Source: Candidatus Thorarchaeota archaeon SMTZ1-45 (GTDB lineage Archaea; Asgardarchaeota; Thorarchaeia; Thorarchaeales; Thorarchaeaceae). Taken from it: a stretch of 64,000 nucleotides of DNA. The notes beneath the pieces are model-generated. The model did no database searches, was not told the DNA's origin, and saw only the letters and a list, made by a program, of their open reading frames with translations. The stretch spans positions 1 to 64,000 of the forward strand of contig LRSL01000086.1 of the NCBI GenBank assembly GCA_001563335.1, read 5' to 3'. Positions 39,347 through 49,279 of this stretch are shown here, piece after piece (the first letter of the stretch is position 1; every line of letters starts with the position of its first letter). The translations under genes were made by a program, and so were the position numbers.

Positions 39347-40186
39347 TCAGGTGGACCGCTTGGCTTCTTCATCAATGATGGAACGTCTAGTATTGATCAG
39401 CTTGTTATATGTGCTTTTGAGAGCTTTTTCAGCGTCAAAGAACCATAGTTGTTTTGCTAACAACCATTTGGTCTTTGATTCTCGAAAGCTACGTGACAGT
39501 TGTGTATAGTTCGTCTTCAGCTGTCCGATTACTACTGTAGAGTCCTTGCACCGATCACGAAGAGATCGGATCTTTTCCTCTAATGGAGCTAAGTCCTTAG
39601 CGAGTGTTCGCTCAACAGCATCTCTGATATGGCTGTTTCCGTTCAGGTTGATAATCCTGATACGAGACCAGCGCAACGTATTTCCTCCATTTTCACGAAC
39701 GAGTCTACTAAACTCGCTAGAGTCGATCAATACTCGTTCATTTTCAGAACCTAGAATTCTTCTTCGTTCTCTTGACCTGAGTAGTGGGAAGAGAATCACA
39801 CCTGGCCTGAGGCGGACCCCAGGAGTTTTCCTTATTAGTCTCTCAACGTATTTTTTCTGTTGTGCAGTTGGATTACTAAAACTGAATGAAACAATCGAAT
39901 AGACGCGATTTTCATATGATTCCTCCAGCTTCATTCGGGCTGTCGGTATCTTTCGAGTTTTAATGAATGATGTAACAGGTTGATTTTGAAGAATTGTGTC
40001 ATGAAGTTCGGAATATCCATGAACAATAAACACACCTTTCCGGATTCGTTGAACACCTTCTACTGCCGAGAGTTTCCTAGACACACCTTTAGTTCCGTCA
40101 GGAGAACCTAATAGAATGATTAATCGAGAATCACCTTTCAATTCGGAGGCATCTGGGAGGATGCCTTCTACACTGGCTTCGGTCAT
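39347..40186 (-). CDS. basic hypothetical protein with PaaX/Cas2-like segments
   Basis: YSIVSFSFSNP...VERLIRKTPGVRLRPGVILFP and a related N-terminal GVQRIRKGVFIV; helical C-terminus. Confidence 0.6.
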   Translation of the reverse strand: MTEASVEGILPDASELKGDSRLIILLGSPDGTKGVSRKLSAVEGVQRIRKGVFIVHGYSELHDTILQNQPVTSFIKTRKIPTARMKLEESYENRVYSIVSFSFSNPTAQQKKYVERLIRKTPGVRLRPGVILFPLLRSRERRRILGSENERVLIDSSEFSRLVRENGGNTLRWSRIRIINLNGNSHIRDAVERTLAKDLAPLEEKIRSLRDRCKDSTVVIGQLKTNYTQLSRSFRESKTKWLLAKQLWFFDAEKALKSTYNKLINTRRSIIDEEAKRST

Positions 40187-40451
40187 TTTCTATAGCACAT
40201 TTGTCCTTCAAACAACAGCAAAAGGTATTCAAAGGTCATTGGTGACACATTTGAGCGACTGCAATAATCGTTAATATCTTTGTCTGGCATGTTTAAATAC
40301 TTGTATTTTAGTAAATATTTTTGATAACCTTATAAATGAAATTTAGGACTTTCATAGTAATTTTTTTCAATTTTAAGGGATAAGAAAATGAGTTTCTGTA
40401 ACTAGAATAACTTTACTCTTTATTCGACACACATTGTTTGAGGTGACATCT

Positions 40452-40532
40452 ATGCACTTCGATGATGAAGATCTTTGGGATAGTGATGACGACTTCGACG
40501 ATGACTGGGAAGACGACGACGACGACTGGTAG
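40452..40532 (+). CDS. 26-aa acidic peptide MHFDDEDLWDSDDDFDDDWEDDDDDW
   Basis: GAGGTGA RBS 5 nt upstream; 17 of 26 residues D/E; read manually. Confidence 0.7.
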   Translation: MHFDDEDLWDSDDDFDDDWEDDDDDW

Positions 40533-40604
40533 GTCGAGGTTGGTTAGTCGGTCTCGATAGAACTCTTCCGGTCCAATCTTATCCCAGACTTGGACGTGAA
40601 TGCT

Positions 40605-40670
40605 ATGGCTAAAAAGAAACCAGCAGCAAAAAAATCGACCAAAACTGAAACTAAGAAAAAGAAGAAGTAA
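40605..40670 (+). CDS. 21-aa basic peptide MAKKKPAAKKSTKTETKKKKK
   Basis: GGACGTGA RBS-like site; 11 of 21 residues Lys; followed by a hairpin and T-tract. Confidence 0.65.
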   Translation: MAKKKPAAKKSTKTETKKKKK

Positions 40671-40681
40671 CAATATAGGAC

Positions 40682-40721
40682 CGGGAGAAGTCTATCAGAC
40701 TTCCCCGTTCTTCCTTTTTTT
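40682..40721 (+). terminator. hairpin plus T-tract
   Basis: CGGGaGAAGTCT-atc-AGACTTCCCCG followed by TTCTTCCTTTTTTT. Confidence 0.7.
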
Positions 40722-40728
40722 ACATCGT

Positions 40729-42684
40729 TTATTTTGCGTGTTTAATTTCTTCAACAGATTCTGGGTTCACTAGGGATGAGGTATCACCCGGATCTTCTCC
40801 CAAATAGGCAGCTCGGATCATTCTCCGCATCACTTTGGCGTTTCTTGTTTTAGGTAGATCAGAAACAAAAAGAACATCACGAGGAGTAAGTGGTTTACCC
40901 ATTGCTATAGCCACAGATTGCTTGAGCTCCTCTCTTAGTTTCTCAGATGGTTCAACTCCAGGATTAAGGACACAAAATACAACAAGTTCATTGAGCTTGA
41001 TTTTGTGCGGCACGCCTATCGTTGCAGCCTCAGCTACAGCAGGATTACTCACAAGAACTGACTCAGCCTCTGCAGGTCCAAAGCGCTTGCCTGCCACTTT
41101 GATGATATCATCAGACCTACCAAGAATATACCAAAGTCCATCTGAGTCAATCGCGGCAAAGTCCCCATGGACCCAAGTATTTTTCCAACGAGACCAGTAT
41201 GTGTTTTCATATCTCTCGGGATTCTTCCAAAATCCACGGGTCATTCCTATCCAGGGTGATTTGATAACGAGTTCTCCAACTTTATTTCGTACAGGAGTTC
41301 CATCCTCATCAAACACGTCTGCGGCAATTCCAGGACAAGGTCCAGAAAATGCACAAGCCTTCAAGGGCAATAGAGGGTTTCCCATCACAATACCACCTGA
41401 GATTTCTGTGCCACCAGAATAGTTGATTATTGGTATTCTCTTCATCCCTACTTTCTCGAAAAGCCACATCCAAGGATCGGGATTCCATGGTTCGCCAGTG
41501 GAGCCAAAGTAACGAAGTGAAGAGAGATTGTGCGGCTTAATTGGGTCTTCTCCATGGGTCATCAACAATCGAATCAGTGTTGGGGATACTCCAAGTATCG
41601 AAACCTTATGTTTCTCAACAATCTCCCAAAGGCGTCCAGGATGCGGGTAGTCAGGAGCACCATCATAAAGGAAAAAGGTCCCTCCCAGAATCAAAGCCCC
41701 AAATACCAGCCAAGGCCCCATCATCCACCCCATGTCAGTCATCCAGTAAATCAGCTCACCAGGGTGCAAGTCTGTTCCAAAAGCCATGTCTTGAGCTGAT
41801 TTAATTGGAAATCCACAATGGGTGTGTACTGCTCCTTTTGCCAGTCCCGTAGTGCCAGAGGTGTAGATAATCATCATAGGCGATTCTGCATCTGTTATCT
41901 CTGTACTAGCTGAATCAGATTGGTCAGAAATGAGGTCGTGCCACCAATAGTCTCGCTTAGGCTTCATTTCAATTGATACTTCAGTCAGATTCAGAACAAT
42001 CATATGTTCCAATGAGGATATCTTTTCAGCAGCCTCATCTGCGATTGGTTTCATGGGAATAGTCTTGCCTCTGCGGATAGCCCCATCAACTGTGAAAATT
42101 GCTTTGGCATCAGCATCACCCAATCGGTCGACAATTGCATTAACTCCAAATCCTGAGAATAGTGGGAGGATTATGCCGCCAATTTTAGCTATTGCTAGTA
42201 GCGCAACTGTAATCTCAGGAATCATTGGCATGTAAATTCCAATTGAATCGCCTAATCCAAGTCCAAGTTCGCGGAGTGCATTTGCTGTCTTATTCACCTC
42301 TCGATACAAATCACCATATGTCATTGAACGAGTTGCACCATCTTCGCCCTCCCATATCAGTGCAAGTTGTGTTTCAGTATTTGTGCCCATGTATTTATCT
42401 ATGCAATTGTGAATAATGTTCAGCTTCCCATTGACACACCAACGTGGCCATGCAATACCATTTGAGAGATCCACAACTTGGTCATAAGGTTCATAGAACT
42501 CAATATTAAGAAACTTCAGAAGTGCGTCTGTAAACCATGCCACATCCTCTGTCGAACGTTGCATGAGTTCATCAAAGTCTTCTATTTCATGCAACTTCAT
42601 GAATCTCGTGAGGTTGGCCTTTTCTACATGTTCCGATGTAGGTCGCCAGACGATCTCGCCTCCAAACTCAAAGGTCTCTTTCAA
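40729..42684 (-). CDS. acs: AMP-forming acyl/acetyl-CoA synthetase
   Basis: YTSGTTGLAKG, STGEPWN, HGDFA, GRSDD, LPKTRNAKVMRR. Confidence 0.9.
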   Translation of the reverse strand: MKETFEFGGEIVWRPTSEHVEKANLTRFMKLHEIEDFDELMQRSTEDVAWFTDALLKFLNIEFYEPYDQVVDLSNGIAWPRWCVNGKLNIIHNCIDKYMGTNTETQLALIWEGEDGATRSMTYGDLYREVNKTANALRELGLGLGDSIGIYMPMIPEITVALLAIAKIGGIILPLFSGFGVNAIVDRLGDADAKAIFTVDGAIRRGKTIPMKPIADEAAEKISSLEHMIVLNLTEVSIEMKPKRDYWWHDLISDQSDSASTEITDAESPMMIIYTSGTTGLAKGAVHTHCGFPIKSAQDMAFGTDLHPGELIYWMTDMGWMMGPWLVFGALILGGTFFLYDGAPDYPHPGRLWEIVEKHKVSILGVSPTLIRLLMTHGEDPIKPHNLSSLRYFGSTGEPWNPDPWMWLFEKVGMKRIPIINYSGGTEISGGIVMGNPLLPLKACAFSGPCPGIAADVFDEDGTPVRNKVGELVIKSPWIGMTRGFWKNPERYENTYWSRWKNTWVHGDFAAIDSDGLWYILGRSDDIIKVAGKRFGPAEAESVLVSNPAVAEAATIGVPHKIKLNELVVFCVLNPGVEPSEKLREELKQSVAIAMGKPLTPRDVLFVSDLPKTRNAKVMRRMIRAAYLGEDPGDTSSLVNPESVEEIKHAK

Positions 42685-43033
42685 TTAATACACTCCTCTT
42701 GGTTTGATTCTGCAAGCTGCAACTCTCCCAATATGGACATTCACCTATTTCACGGTAGTGATTTAGAAATAACCAAAGTTAGAGAGAAAAATCGAACTTG
42801 TTCACAGCATGTTTCGTGATTTCAAGATTGCAAGACTTTTACTTTCTACACCATTTTTCGCACTTGAAAGCTAGTTCTTCTTCGCGATACAACAGATTAC
42901 ATTCTTTGCAAAGAAAAAGACCGTTCACTTTCTTTGTCATACGAAAAAGAGTTTCATGATTTCTTTAGTTTGATGGTATGATTATTACTAAGATGGGAAA
43001 TCTCAAATCATTCTGGTAATTCAATCCTAAAAT

Positions 43034-43378
43034 GTGATTGTCATGTCAATTGGGTCATATCCAGATTGTATAACAAAACTGCCAAAAGCTAAGATACCTT
43101 TTCCAGGAGTTCAAGCATGGATTTCTCAGGGCAATGAGTCTCAAGTTGGGTTCTTTGAGATAGAACCAATCGGGGTCGTACCTCCGCATAGTCACAAGGC
43201 ACAATATGGCTTTGTTATTGAGGGAGAGATGCTACTGACAATTGGTGATGTTACCAAACTCTACAAAAAAGGTGATTCATACTATATACCTGAAGGGGTT
43301 GTACATTCAGCAGAGTTCAAAACATTTTGTAGAGTAATGGATTTCTTTGCTGAACCTAAAAGGTATGAAACTGAATAA
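43034..43378 (+). CDS. cupin domain protein
   Basis: PPHSH...GEM...GDSYYIPEGVVH. Confidence 0.88.
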   Translation: MIVMSIGSYPDCITKLPKAKIPFPGVQAWISQGNESQVGFFEIEPIGVVPPHSHKAQYGFVIEGEMLLTIGDVTKLYKKGDSYYIPEGVVHSAEFKTFCRVMDFFAEPKRYETE

Positions 43379-43520
43379 GCTGACTATTCTTTTTCATCAA
43401 ATGTTATTCAAAACCTTGGTTATGAAGAAACCTGTTTACCACTTCATTTTTTATCTGGTAGCGCAACGATGAGTTTATATGAATCCTGATTCATTATTAA
43501 ATTGAATCAATATTCAATAT

Positions 43521-44003
43521 ATGTTGGTGTTAATCATGACAAAGATTTGCGTTACTTCATCAGGGACAACATTGGACTCTATGGTTGACCCTCGATTTGG
43601 TAGGTGTGCTTACTTCATCATTGCAGATCCTGAAACATATGACTTTGAAGCAGTGCCAAATGAAGCTGCAAGTTTTGCAGGTGGTGCAGGAATCAGGGCG
43701 GCTCAGATTGTTGTCGCCAAGAATGTTGAGGCGATCCTCACAGGTAGTGTTGGCCCTAATGCATTCCCGGCATTACAGGATGCAGGAGTTAGAATACTTG
43801 CTGGAGTATCAGGCACTGTAAGGTCCGCAATAGAGAGCTATAACAAAGATGTATTCCAGGAACTGACAACCCCGGGTCCTTCAAATGTTGGAAGAGGACA
43901 GGGGGGTCCTGGTCGTGGACTGGGAATGGGCTATGGATATGGATTGGGAATGGGTCGTGCTGGGGGTGGGCGAGGTCGCCATAGAGGAGGGAGGAATAGG
44001 TGA
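43521..44003 (+). CDS. NifB/NifX-family protein with Gly/Arg-rich tail
   Basis: VDPRFGRCAYF, GAGIRAAQ, VGPNAF. Confidence 0.9.
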   Translation: MLVLIMTKICVTSSGTTLDSMVDPRFGRCAYFIIADPETYDFEAVPNEAASFAGGAGIRAAQIVVAKNVEAILTGSVGPNAFPALQDAGVRILAGVSGTVRSAIESYNKDVFQELTTPGPSNVGRGQGGPGRGLGMGYGYGLGMGRAGGGRGRHRGGRNR

Positions 44004-44368
44004 CAACTAGAATACTTATCCCTACACATGACATGGAAGGTACTGAGATTGCGGACCACTTTGGAAGAGCACCCTATTTTGCAGTGATTGATCTAGATGT
44101 GAAAGGAAACACAATTGAAATAAGAGTACACCCAAACACAGGCGAACATTCAGGCGGAAGAGGACATGCTCATAGCAACGTCCAGAAGTATCAACCTCAA
44201 GCTGTAATTGTGTATGGAATGGGACCTCGTGGAATCGTGAGTTTTCAATCTCAGAATATCGCAGTTCTTAAGGCAAACAGCAGGTTCGTTCATGAGATTG
44301 TTCAAGCTTATCAGCGAAACGAGTTAGAAGAACTAACCGAGGGCTGTGCAGAAGCCCACCACAGATAA
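44000..44368 (+). CDS. NifB/NifX-family protein
   Basis: HFGRAPYF, GMGPRG. Confidence 0.88.
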   Translation: MTTRILIPTHDMEGTEIADHFGRAPYFAVIDLDVKGNTIEIRVHPNTGEHSGGRGHAHSNVQKYQPQAVIVYGMGPRGIVSFQSQNIAVLKANSRFVHEIVQAYQRNELEELTEGCAEAHHR

Positions 44369-45242
44369 ATTGGGACAAATGGATCATGGGCGTGATTCAT
44401 TGATTGTCACAATTGCATCAGGAAAGGGTGGTACTGGAAAGACCACGGTGGCAGTAAATCTTGCTCTTTCATTGAACCATACATACTTGTTTGACTGTGA
44501 TGTTGAGGAGCCTAATGTTCATACTCTACTTCATCCAAGAAATGTCACATCTGAAGAGGTGACTGTATTAACTCCTGAAGTAGATCATAATCTGTGTACA
44601 TTTTGTAGGAAATGTAGCGAATTCTGTCAGTTCAATGCGATTTTCGTTGGCAAGACCAATGTATTAGTATATGACAAGATATGTCATTCATGTGGAGGTT
44701 GTGCTCTCATCTGTCCTGAAAGTGCAATAAGAGAGCGAGCACGGACTGTAGGATCCATCAAATCAAGTAAAGTAGATGATGTGAGTCTTGTTTACGGAGA
44801 GTTGAATATCGGAGAACCTATGGCGGTTCCAGTAATCAAAGCTGTCAAAGCGCACATTGTGAATAATGCAATCAATATCCTTGATGCACCTCCAGGAACA
44901 TCATGTACCGTTATTGAAACAGTGCAAGAAAGCGACTATGTTGTGTTGGTGACTGAACCAACGCCATTTGGATTACACGACCTTATGATGACCATTGATG
45001 TAGTTAATAGAATTGGTGTGCCATACGGTGTTGTAATCAATAGATCTACCATAGGGAACGATAATACAGCTAAGTTTCTGAAAGAAAAGAGAATTCCAAT
45101 CCTCATGGAAATCCCTTTTGAGAAGCGTATAGCCAAACTCTATTCCAGAGGCATTCCATTCGTCAAGGAACTCACAGAATACCGTGAAAAGTTACAGGAG
45201 ATGATGAAGTCTATTCAGGAGATTGTGAATAATGACAAATGA
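44346..45242 (+). CDS. MinD-superfamily P-loop ATPase with inserted ferredoxin
   Basis: SGKGGTGKTT, DCDVEEPN, two CxxCxxCxxxC motifs, DAPPGTSC, VTEPTPFG. Confidence 0.92.
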   Translation: MQKPTTDKLGQMDHGRDSLIVTIASGKGGTGKTTVAVNLALSLNHTYLFDCDVEEPNVHTLLHPRNVTSEEVTVLTPEVDHNLCTFCRKCSEFCQFNAIFVGKTNVLVYDKICHSCGGCALICPESAIRERARTVGSIKSSKVDDVSLVYGELNIGEPMAVPVIKAVKAHIVNNAINILDAPPGTSCTVIETVQESDYVVLVTEPTPFGLHDLMMTIDVVNRIGVPYGVVINRSTIGNDNTAKFLKEKRIPILMEIPFEKRIAKLYSRGIPFVKELTEYREKLQEMMKSIQEIVNNDK

Positions 45243-46104
45243 GGTGGCGGTTATCAGTGGGAAAGGTGGTACTGGAAAGACCACAATAGCTGCTGCATTT
45301 GCTGCAATAGCAAGCAACATAGTGATGGCTGATTGCGATGTTGATGCACCTGATTTACACATCCTCCTGCAACCAAATATGGAAAAGACTGAGGAATTCA
45401 TCAGCTCGAAAATCGCACTCATAGATGAAGGTTCATGCACATACTGTAACCTTTGCCAAACACATTGTCGTTTTGATGCAGTTGATCCACCAGATATTAA
45501 CTCAATATCATGTGAAGGGTGTGGAGTGTGTGAGTATATATGTCCGGAGAGAGCCATCATGATGCGTGACAAGGTTTCTGGTCATATTCATGAATCATCG
45601 ACCCACTTTGGACCCATGGTTCATGCGAAATTATTGCCAGGGGAGGGCAATTCAGGCAAGCTTGTAACTGAGGTGCGTAAACGTAGTGTAAAGTTTGCAG
45701 AAAGGCTTGGAAATGAGATGGTGTTGATTGATGGATCTCCTGGAATTGGGTGTCCGGTCATTGCTACAGTATCAGGACTGCAATTGGGAATTGTCGTCAC
45801 TGAGCCAACATTATCAGGCATACATGATTTGAAGAGAGTATTAGACCTGATGAAACAATTATGGGTCAGACCAGCTATTATCATCAACAAGTACGATATC
45901 AATCTTGATAATTCTAGAGTTATTGAGAGATTCTGTCTAGATAATAGTATTGAGATTCTTGGAAAATTACCCTTCGATACGATAATGACTGAATCCATGA
46001 TTGAAGGAATGACTCTTCCAGAATACTCTCCTAAACACAATCTCGTGAAATCCTTGCAAAGAATGTGGAAAAGGATTGAAAATATGATGAGAATGAATCC
46101 CTAG
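45232..46104 (+). CDS. MinD-superfamily P-loop ATPase with inserted ferredoxin, paralog
   Basis: SGKGGTGKTT, DCDVDAP, NSGKLV, DGSPGIGCP. Confidence 0.92.
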   Translation: MTNEVAVISGKGGTGKTTIAAAFAAIASNIVMADCDVDAPDLHILLQPNMEKTEEFISSKIALIDEGSCTYCNLCQTHCRFDAVDPPDINSISCEGCGVCEYICPERAIMMRDKVSGHIHESSTHFGPMVHAKLLPGEGNSGKLVTEVRKRSVKFAERLGNEMVLIDGSPGIGCPVIATVSGLQLGIVVTEPTLSGIHDLKRVLDLMKQLWVRPAIIINKYDINLDNSRVIERFCLDNSIEILGKLPFDTIMTESMIEGMTLPEYSPKHNLVKSLQRMWKRIENMMRMNP

Positions 46105-46114
46105 TGTAGATGTT

Positions 46115-46531
46115 CTAAGGAGAGTCGTATCGTTTCCATCGCAACCTAGGAGAACCACAATTTGGACATGCATTTTGTTTGTCCTTCTCCATATCTAATC
46201 GATGGCCACAGTCGATACACTGAAGTCCCCCAGAACCATCTCCCAACACATAACGACCACCCTCAATTCGTAATACTTGGCCCTCCACTATTCCCTGAGC
46301 AATCTTGTTGCGAGCTGATGCCAGTATTCTGTTAAATGTTGGTTGACTGATTTTCATTATTGTGCATGCTTCTCGTTGATTCATCCCTTCGTAATCAGCA
46401 AGACGGACAGCTTCAAACTCGTCAACAGTAAGAAGTATTTCGTCAAGATCTTTAGCTGGTATTCCAGCTGGCTTGTAGACGGAAACTGTTGGTTCTCTAT
46501 GGACAAATCGATGTCTTTTCCGACGAGGCAT
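46115..46531 (-). CDS. DUF134 HTH protein with Zn ribbon
   Basis: MPRRKRHR, YKPAG, EFEAVRLAD, ISQPTF; CIDC...CPNC. Confidence 0.9.
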   Translation of the reverse strand: MPRRKRHRFVHREPTVSVYKPAGIPAKDLDEILLTVDEFEAVRLADYEGMNQREACTIMKISQPTFNRILASARNKIAQGIVEGQVLRIEGGRYVLGDGSGGLQCIDCGHRLDMEKDKQNACPNCGSPRLRWKRYDSP

Positions 46532-46582
46532 GGTGCATTTATCGATTCAAGGCACCAAAAGGATTCCGGTCAATTCGCAAAT

Positions 46583-47329
46583 CTATATAGCCATGCCTCC
46601 ATCCACCGATAGACAAGTGCCAGTACAGAACTCAGCAGTGGCTAAATACAGGATTCTCTCTGCAATCTCTTCAGGTCGACCAAAACGTCTGAGCGGTTGG
46701 CGCTCAATGAACTCTCTTCTCGCAGCCTCTGAATCAGGGAATTTTGATAGTCGATCTTTTAGAGAAGGAGTATCAGTTGTGCCTGGACAGATGCAATTGA
46801 CGCGTATCCTATCATCCATGTAGTCAATAGCTATTGCACGGGTGAGAGAAATTAGTGCACCCTTTGATGCTGTGTAGGCGGCTCTATCTTTTGCTCCCAT
46901 CAAAGCGACTGCAGATGCCACATTGATAATAGTACCTTCTGTCTTTCTCAAATGAGGGATTGCAAATTTTGATAGAAGATAAACACCTCGAACATTAACT
47001 GCCATTGTACGATCCCAGTCCTCTGGACTTGTATTGTCCACCTTACCTGGAACCACAACTCCTGCATTATTCACCAAGATGTCTAGTTGACCATATCTTT
47101 CAATGGTCTCAGACATAATCTACCGATCCATTTCGAGTTCAGACACATCGCCCTCGATGAATATGGACTCACTACCAAGTGACTGAATCTTCCTAGTAAC
47201 ATTCAATCCAGAATCAGATATGTCTGCAACTACAACATTTGCACCATTTTGTGCAAACAAAATAGATGTTGCTTCATCTATACCTGCACCAGCTACTGTT
47301 ATTATGGTGGTCTTGCCGCTTAACTTCAT
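46583..47329 (-). pseudogene. SDR oxidoreductase interrupted by an in-frame TAG (47120-47122)
   Basis: Both halves are in one frame (EMDR*IMSET); NNAG and YxxxK intact; Rossmann motif degenerate (TVAGAGID). Confidence 0.8.
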
Positions 47330-47387
47330 CTATTACACCGCTCCACTAGACAACTCCTCGATTATGAAACTTCACCTATTATAGCGA

Positions 47388-49025
47388 TTGATTTGCTTTG
47401 CACTAAGCGAATCTTCATTAGAGAATTACATTGATTCCGACAACCAATGTCTAAGAAGGGAGATAATCAAGAAATTGACACAAGAGCCCAAACCTCCATT
47501 GACATCTGAAGAAACAGATAGGGCTCTTGCTAAAATGGTGAAGCAAGGAATCGCTGCTCAAGTCAAGACTACCTTTACTGAGAGTGTTTTCCTTGTTGGT
47601 TTTGCCCTTCTCTTGCAAGCTCCAAATATAGTGATTGGCATTTTAGCTGCAATTCCTTCTGTCACTCAGCTACTACAAATTCCATCAATATTTCTCTTGG
47701 AGAAATATAGAAACAGGCGACAATTGAATACCTACACGCAATTAGGTAATCGATTTGGAATCCTTCTCATGGCCTTGATACCATTCATAGCTATTGGTGA
47801 GATTGGTTTACTACTCCTTATTGGAGCAATGTTCATCCAAAGCGTGTTTACAGCCATTGGCTCACCCAGTTGGAACTCTTGGATGCGGGATTTAGTACCT
47901 CCTGATCGTCTTGGCAGATTCTTTTCAACAAGAATGGCACTAACGGGACTTGTAGCAATAGTTGCTTCTCTCTCTGGAGGTTTCTTCATCAGCAACTGGT
48001 TGGCATATATTGACCCAAGCGACATGGTTGGTCAGCTCTCTACATACTCAGTACTTTTCTTCATTGCATTTCTTTTTGGAATGATGGCAATATATTATAC
48101 AAGAACCACTCCTGAGCCTCCGATGCATTCCCGACATGAGGAACTCAGTTTTGCGCAATTACTAGCAGAGCCATTCCAAAATGAGAATTACAGAAATCTG
48201 ATGATTTTCTCTGCAGTGTGGAGTCTAAGTACCTCTTTCGCGAGCCCATTCTTCACAGTCTATCTACTTGATGTGAATATACTTGGATTAGAGGTAGTAT
48301 TTGTTGCAGGTCTCGTAGCTCTTACACAACTAACAAGCGTAATCTTTCTGAGATTATGGGGACGTCTTGCGGATCGATTCAGTAACAAGTCAATCTTACA
48401 AGTAACATTACCTTTCTTCATCATTGGTACATTTCTTTGGACCTTCAGTTCAATTGCGAGGAATTATGGAGTACTGATTCCATTAATCATTCTAATACAC
48501 ATTTTCAACGGGTTTTCAGCCGCCGGAGTTAATTTGAGCAGTAATAACATTGGTTTGAAATTAGCACCTCGTGGTGAGTCAGCAACTTATCTTGCAGCAA
48601 GAGGATCAATAATCGCAGTGACTGGAGCTATTGCTCCTGTTATTGCAGGATTACTGGCTGACCTTTTTGCACATCACACAATAGAGTTCTCTCTTTCATG
48701 GCTTATTGATGGCGAGTTATTTACTCTCATTCCAGCCTATCGTTTGTCTGGTATTGACTTTCTATTCGTCATCTCTTCAATCATTGGGATATATGCAATA
48801 CATCGGATTGCTCTCGTGAAGGAGGAAGGAGAGGTTGAGGAAAAGGTTGTCATTGATGCGTTGATTGCAGAAACTAGGAGAAATGTTAGGACTGTTTCAA
48901 CAGTCGATGGCCTGCGACACACATTCGAGGCCCCACTGAAGGTCACGAGAAGAGGTAGAAGAAAAAAGAAACCAGCTGATATAGAACCAATTCCTGATGA
49001 CGATAGCCATGATGAGGGTCAATAG
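47388..49025 (+). CDS. MFS transporter (true start probably TTG ~47475)
   Basis: About 12 TM helices; WNSWMRDLVP...GRFFS, WGRLADRFSNK. Confidence 0.87.
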   Translation: MICFALSESSLENYIDSDNQCLRREIIKKLTQEPKPPLTSEETDRALAKMVKQGIAAQVKTTFTESVFLVGFALLLQAPNIVIGILAAIPSVTQLLQIPSIFLLEKYRNRRQLNTYTQLGNRFGILLMALIPFIAIGEIGLLLLIGAMFIQSVFTAIGSPSWNSWMRDLVPPDRLGRFFSTRMALTGLVAIVASLSGGFFISNWLAYIDPSDMVGQLSTYSVLFFIAFLFGMMAIYYTRTTPEPPMHSRHEELSFAQLLAEPFQNENYRNLMIFSAVWSLSTSFASPFFTVYLLDVNILGLEVVFVAGLVALTQLTSVIFLRLWGRLADRFSNKSILQVTLPFFIIGTFLWTFSSIARNYGVLIPLIILIHIFNGFSAAGVNLSSNNIGLKLAPRGESATYLAARGSIIAVTGAIAPVIAGLLADLFAHHTIEFSLSWLIDGELFTLIPAYRLSGIDFLFVISSIIGIYAIHRIALVKEEGEVEEKVVIDALIAETRRNVRTVSTVDGLRHTFEAPLKVTRRGRRKKKPADIEPIPDDDSHDEGQ

Positions 49026-49279
49026 CCATTCTCCAAATCGTTCATTCGGTAAATACGTTTATATTCTTCCAAATGTAAATAGTATACAATTGTATTCTCT
49101 TTGTATACAATCTGTAATTAGTACATAGAGGATGTAGAAAAATGGCTGTAGCGAAACAACCTAAGCAGGAATCAACCGTGATTGCTTCAAGCAATAGGGT
49201 GTCAGAATACAAGAAAGTTGTTGAGGACATGCGGATTATAGCAAAACACTATGGAAGATAATTGTAGTTAAACTCCAGT

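Noticed and set aside
40413-40673. 86-aa minus-strand ORF
   Set aside because: Its Val/Phe/Leu runs are the reverse complement of the Asp- and Lys-rich plus-strand peptides, which carry the RBS and terminator
43521-46531. NifB/NifX genes as evidence of nitrogen fixation
   Set aside because: The NifX-like + MinD-ferredoxin ATPase + DUF134 cluster is common in anaerobes, and no nifHDK is present in the window
32390-47329. Genome-wide TAG recoding suggested by two amber-interrupted genes
   Set aside because: Many intact genes end in TAG at expected positions (rph, nrdJ, the ferritin-like gene), and the TFB-like remnant also contains a TAA
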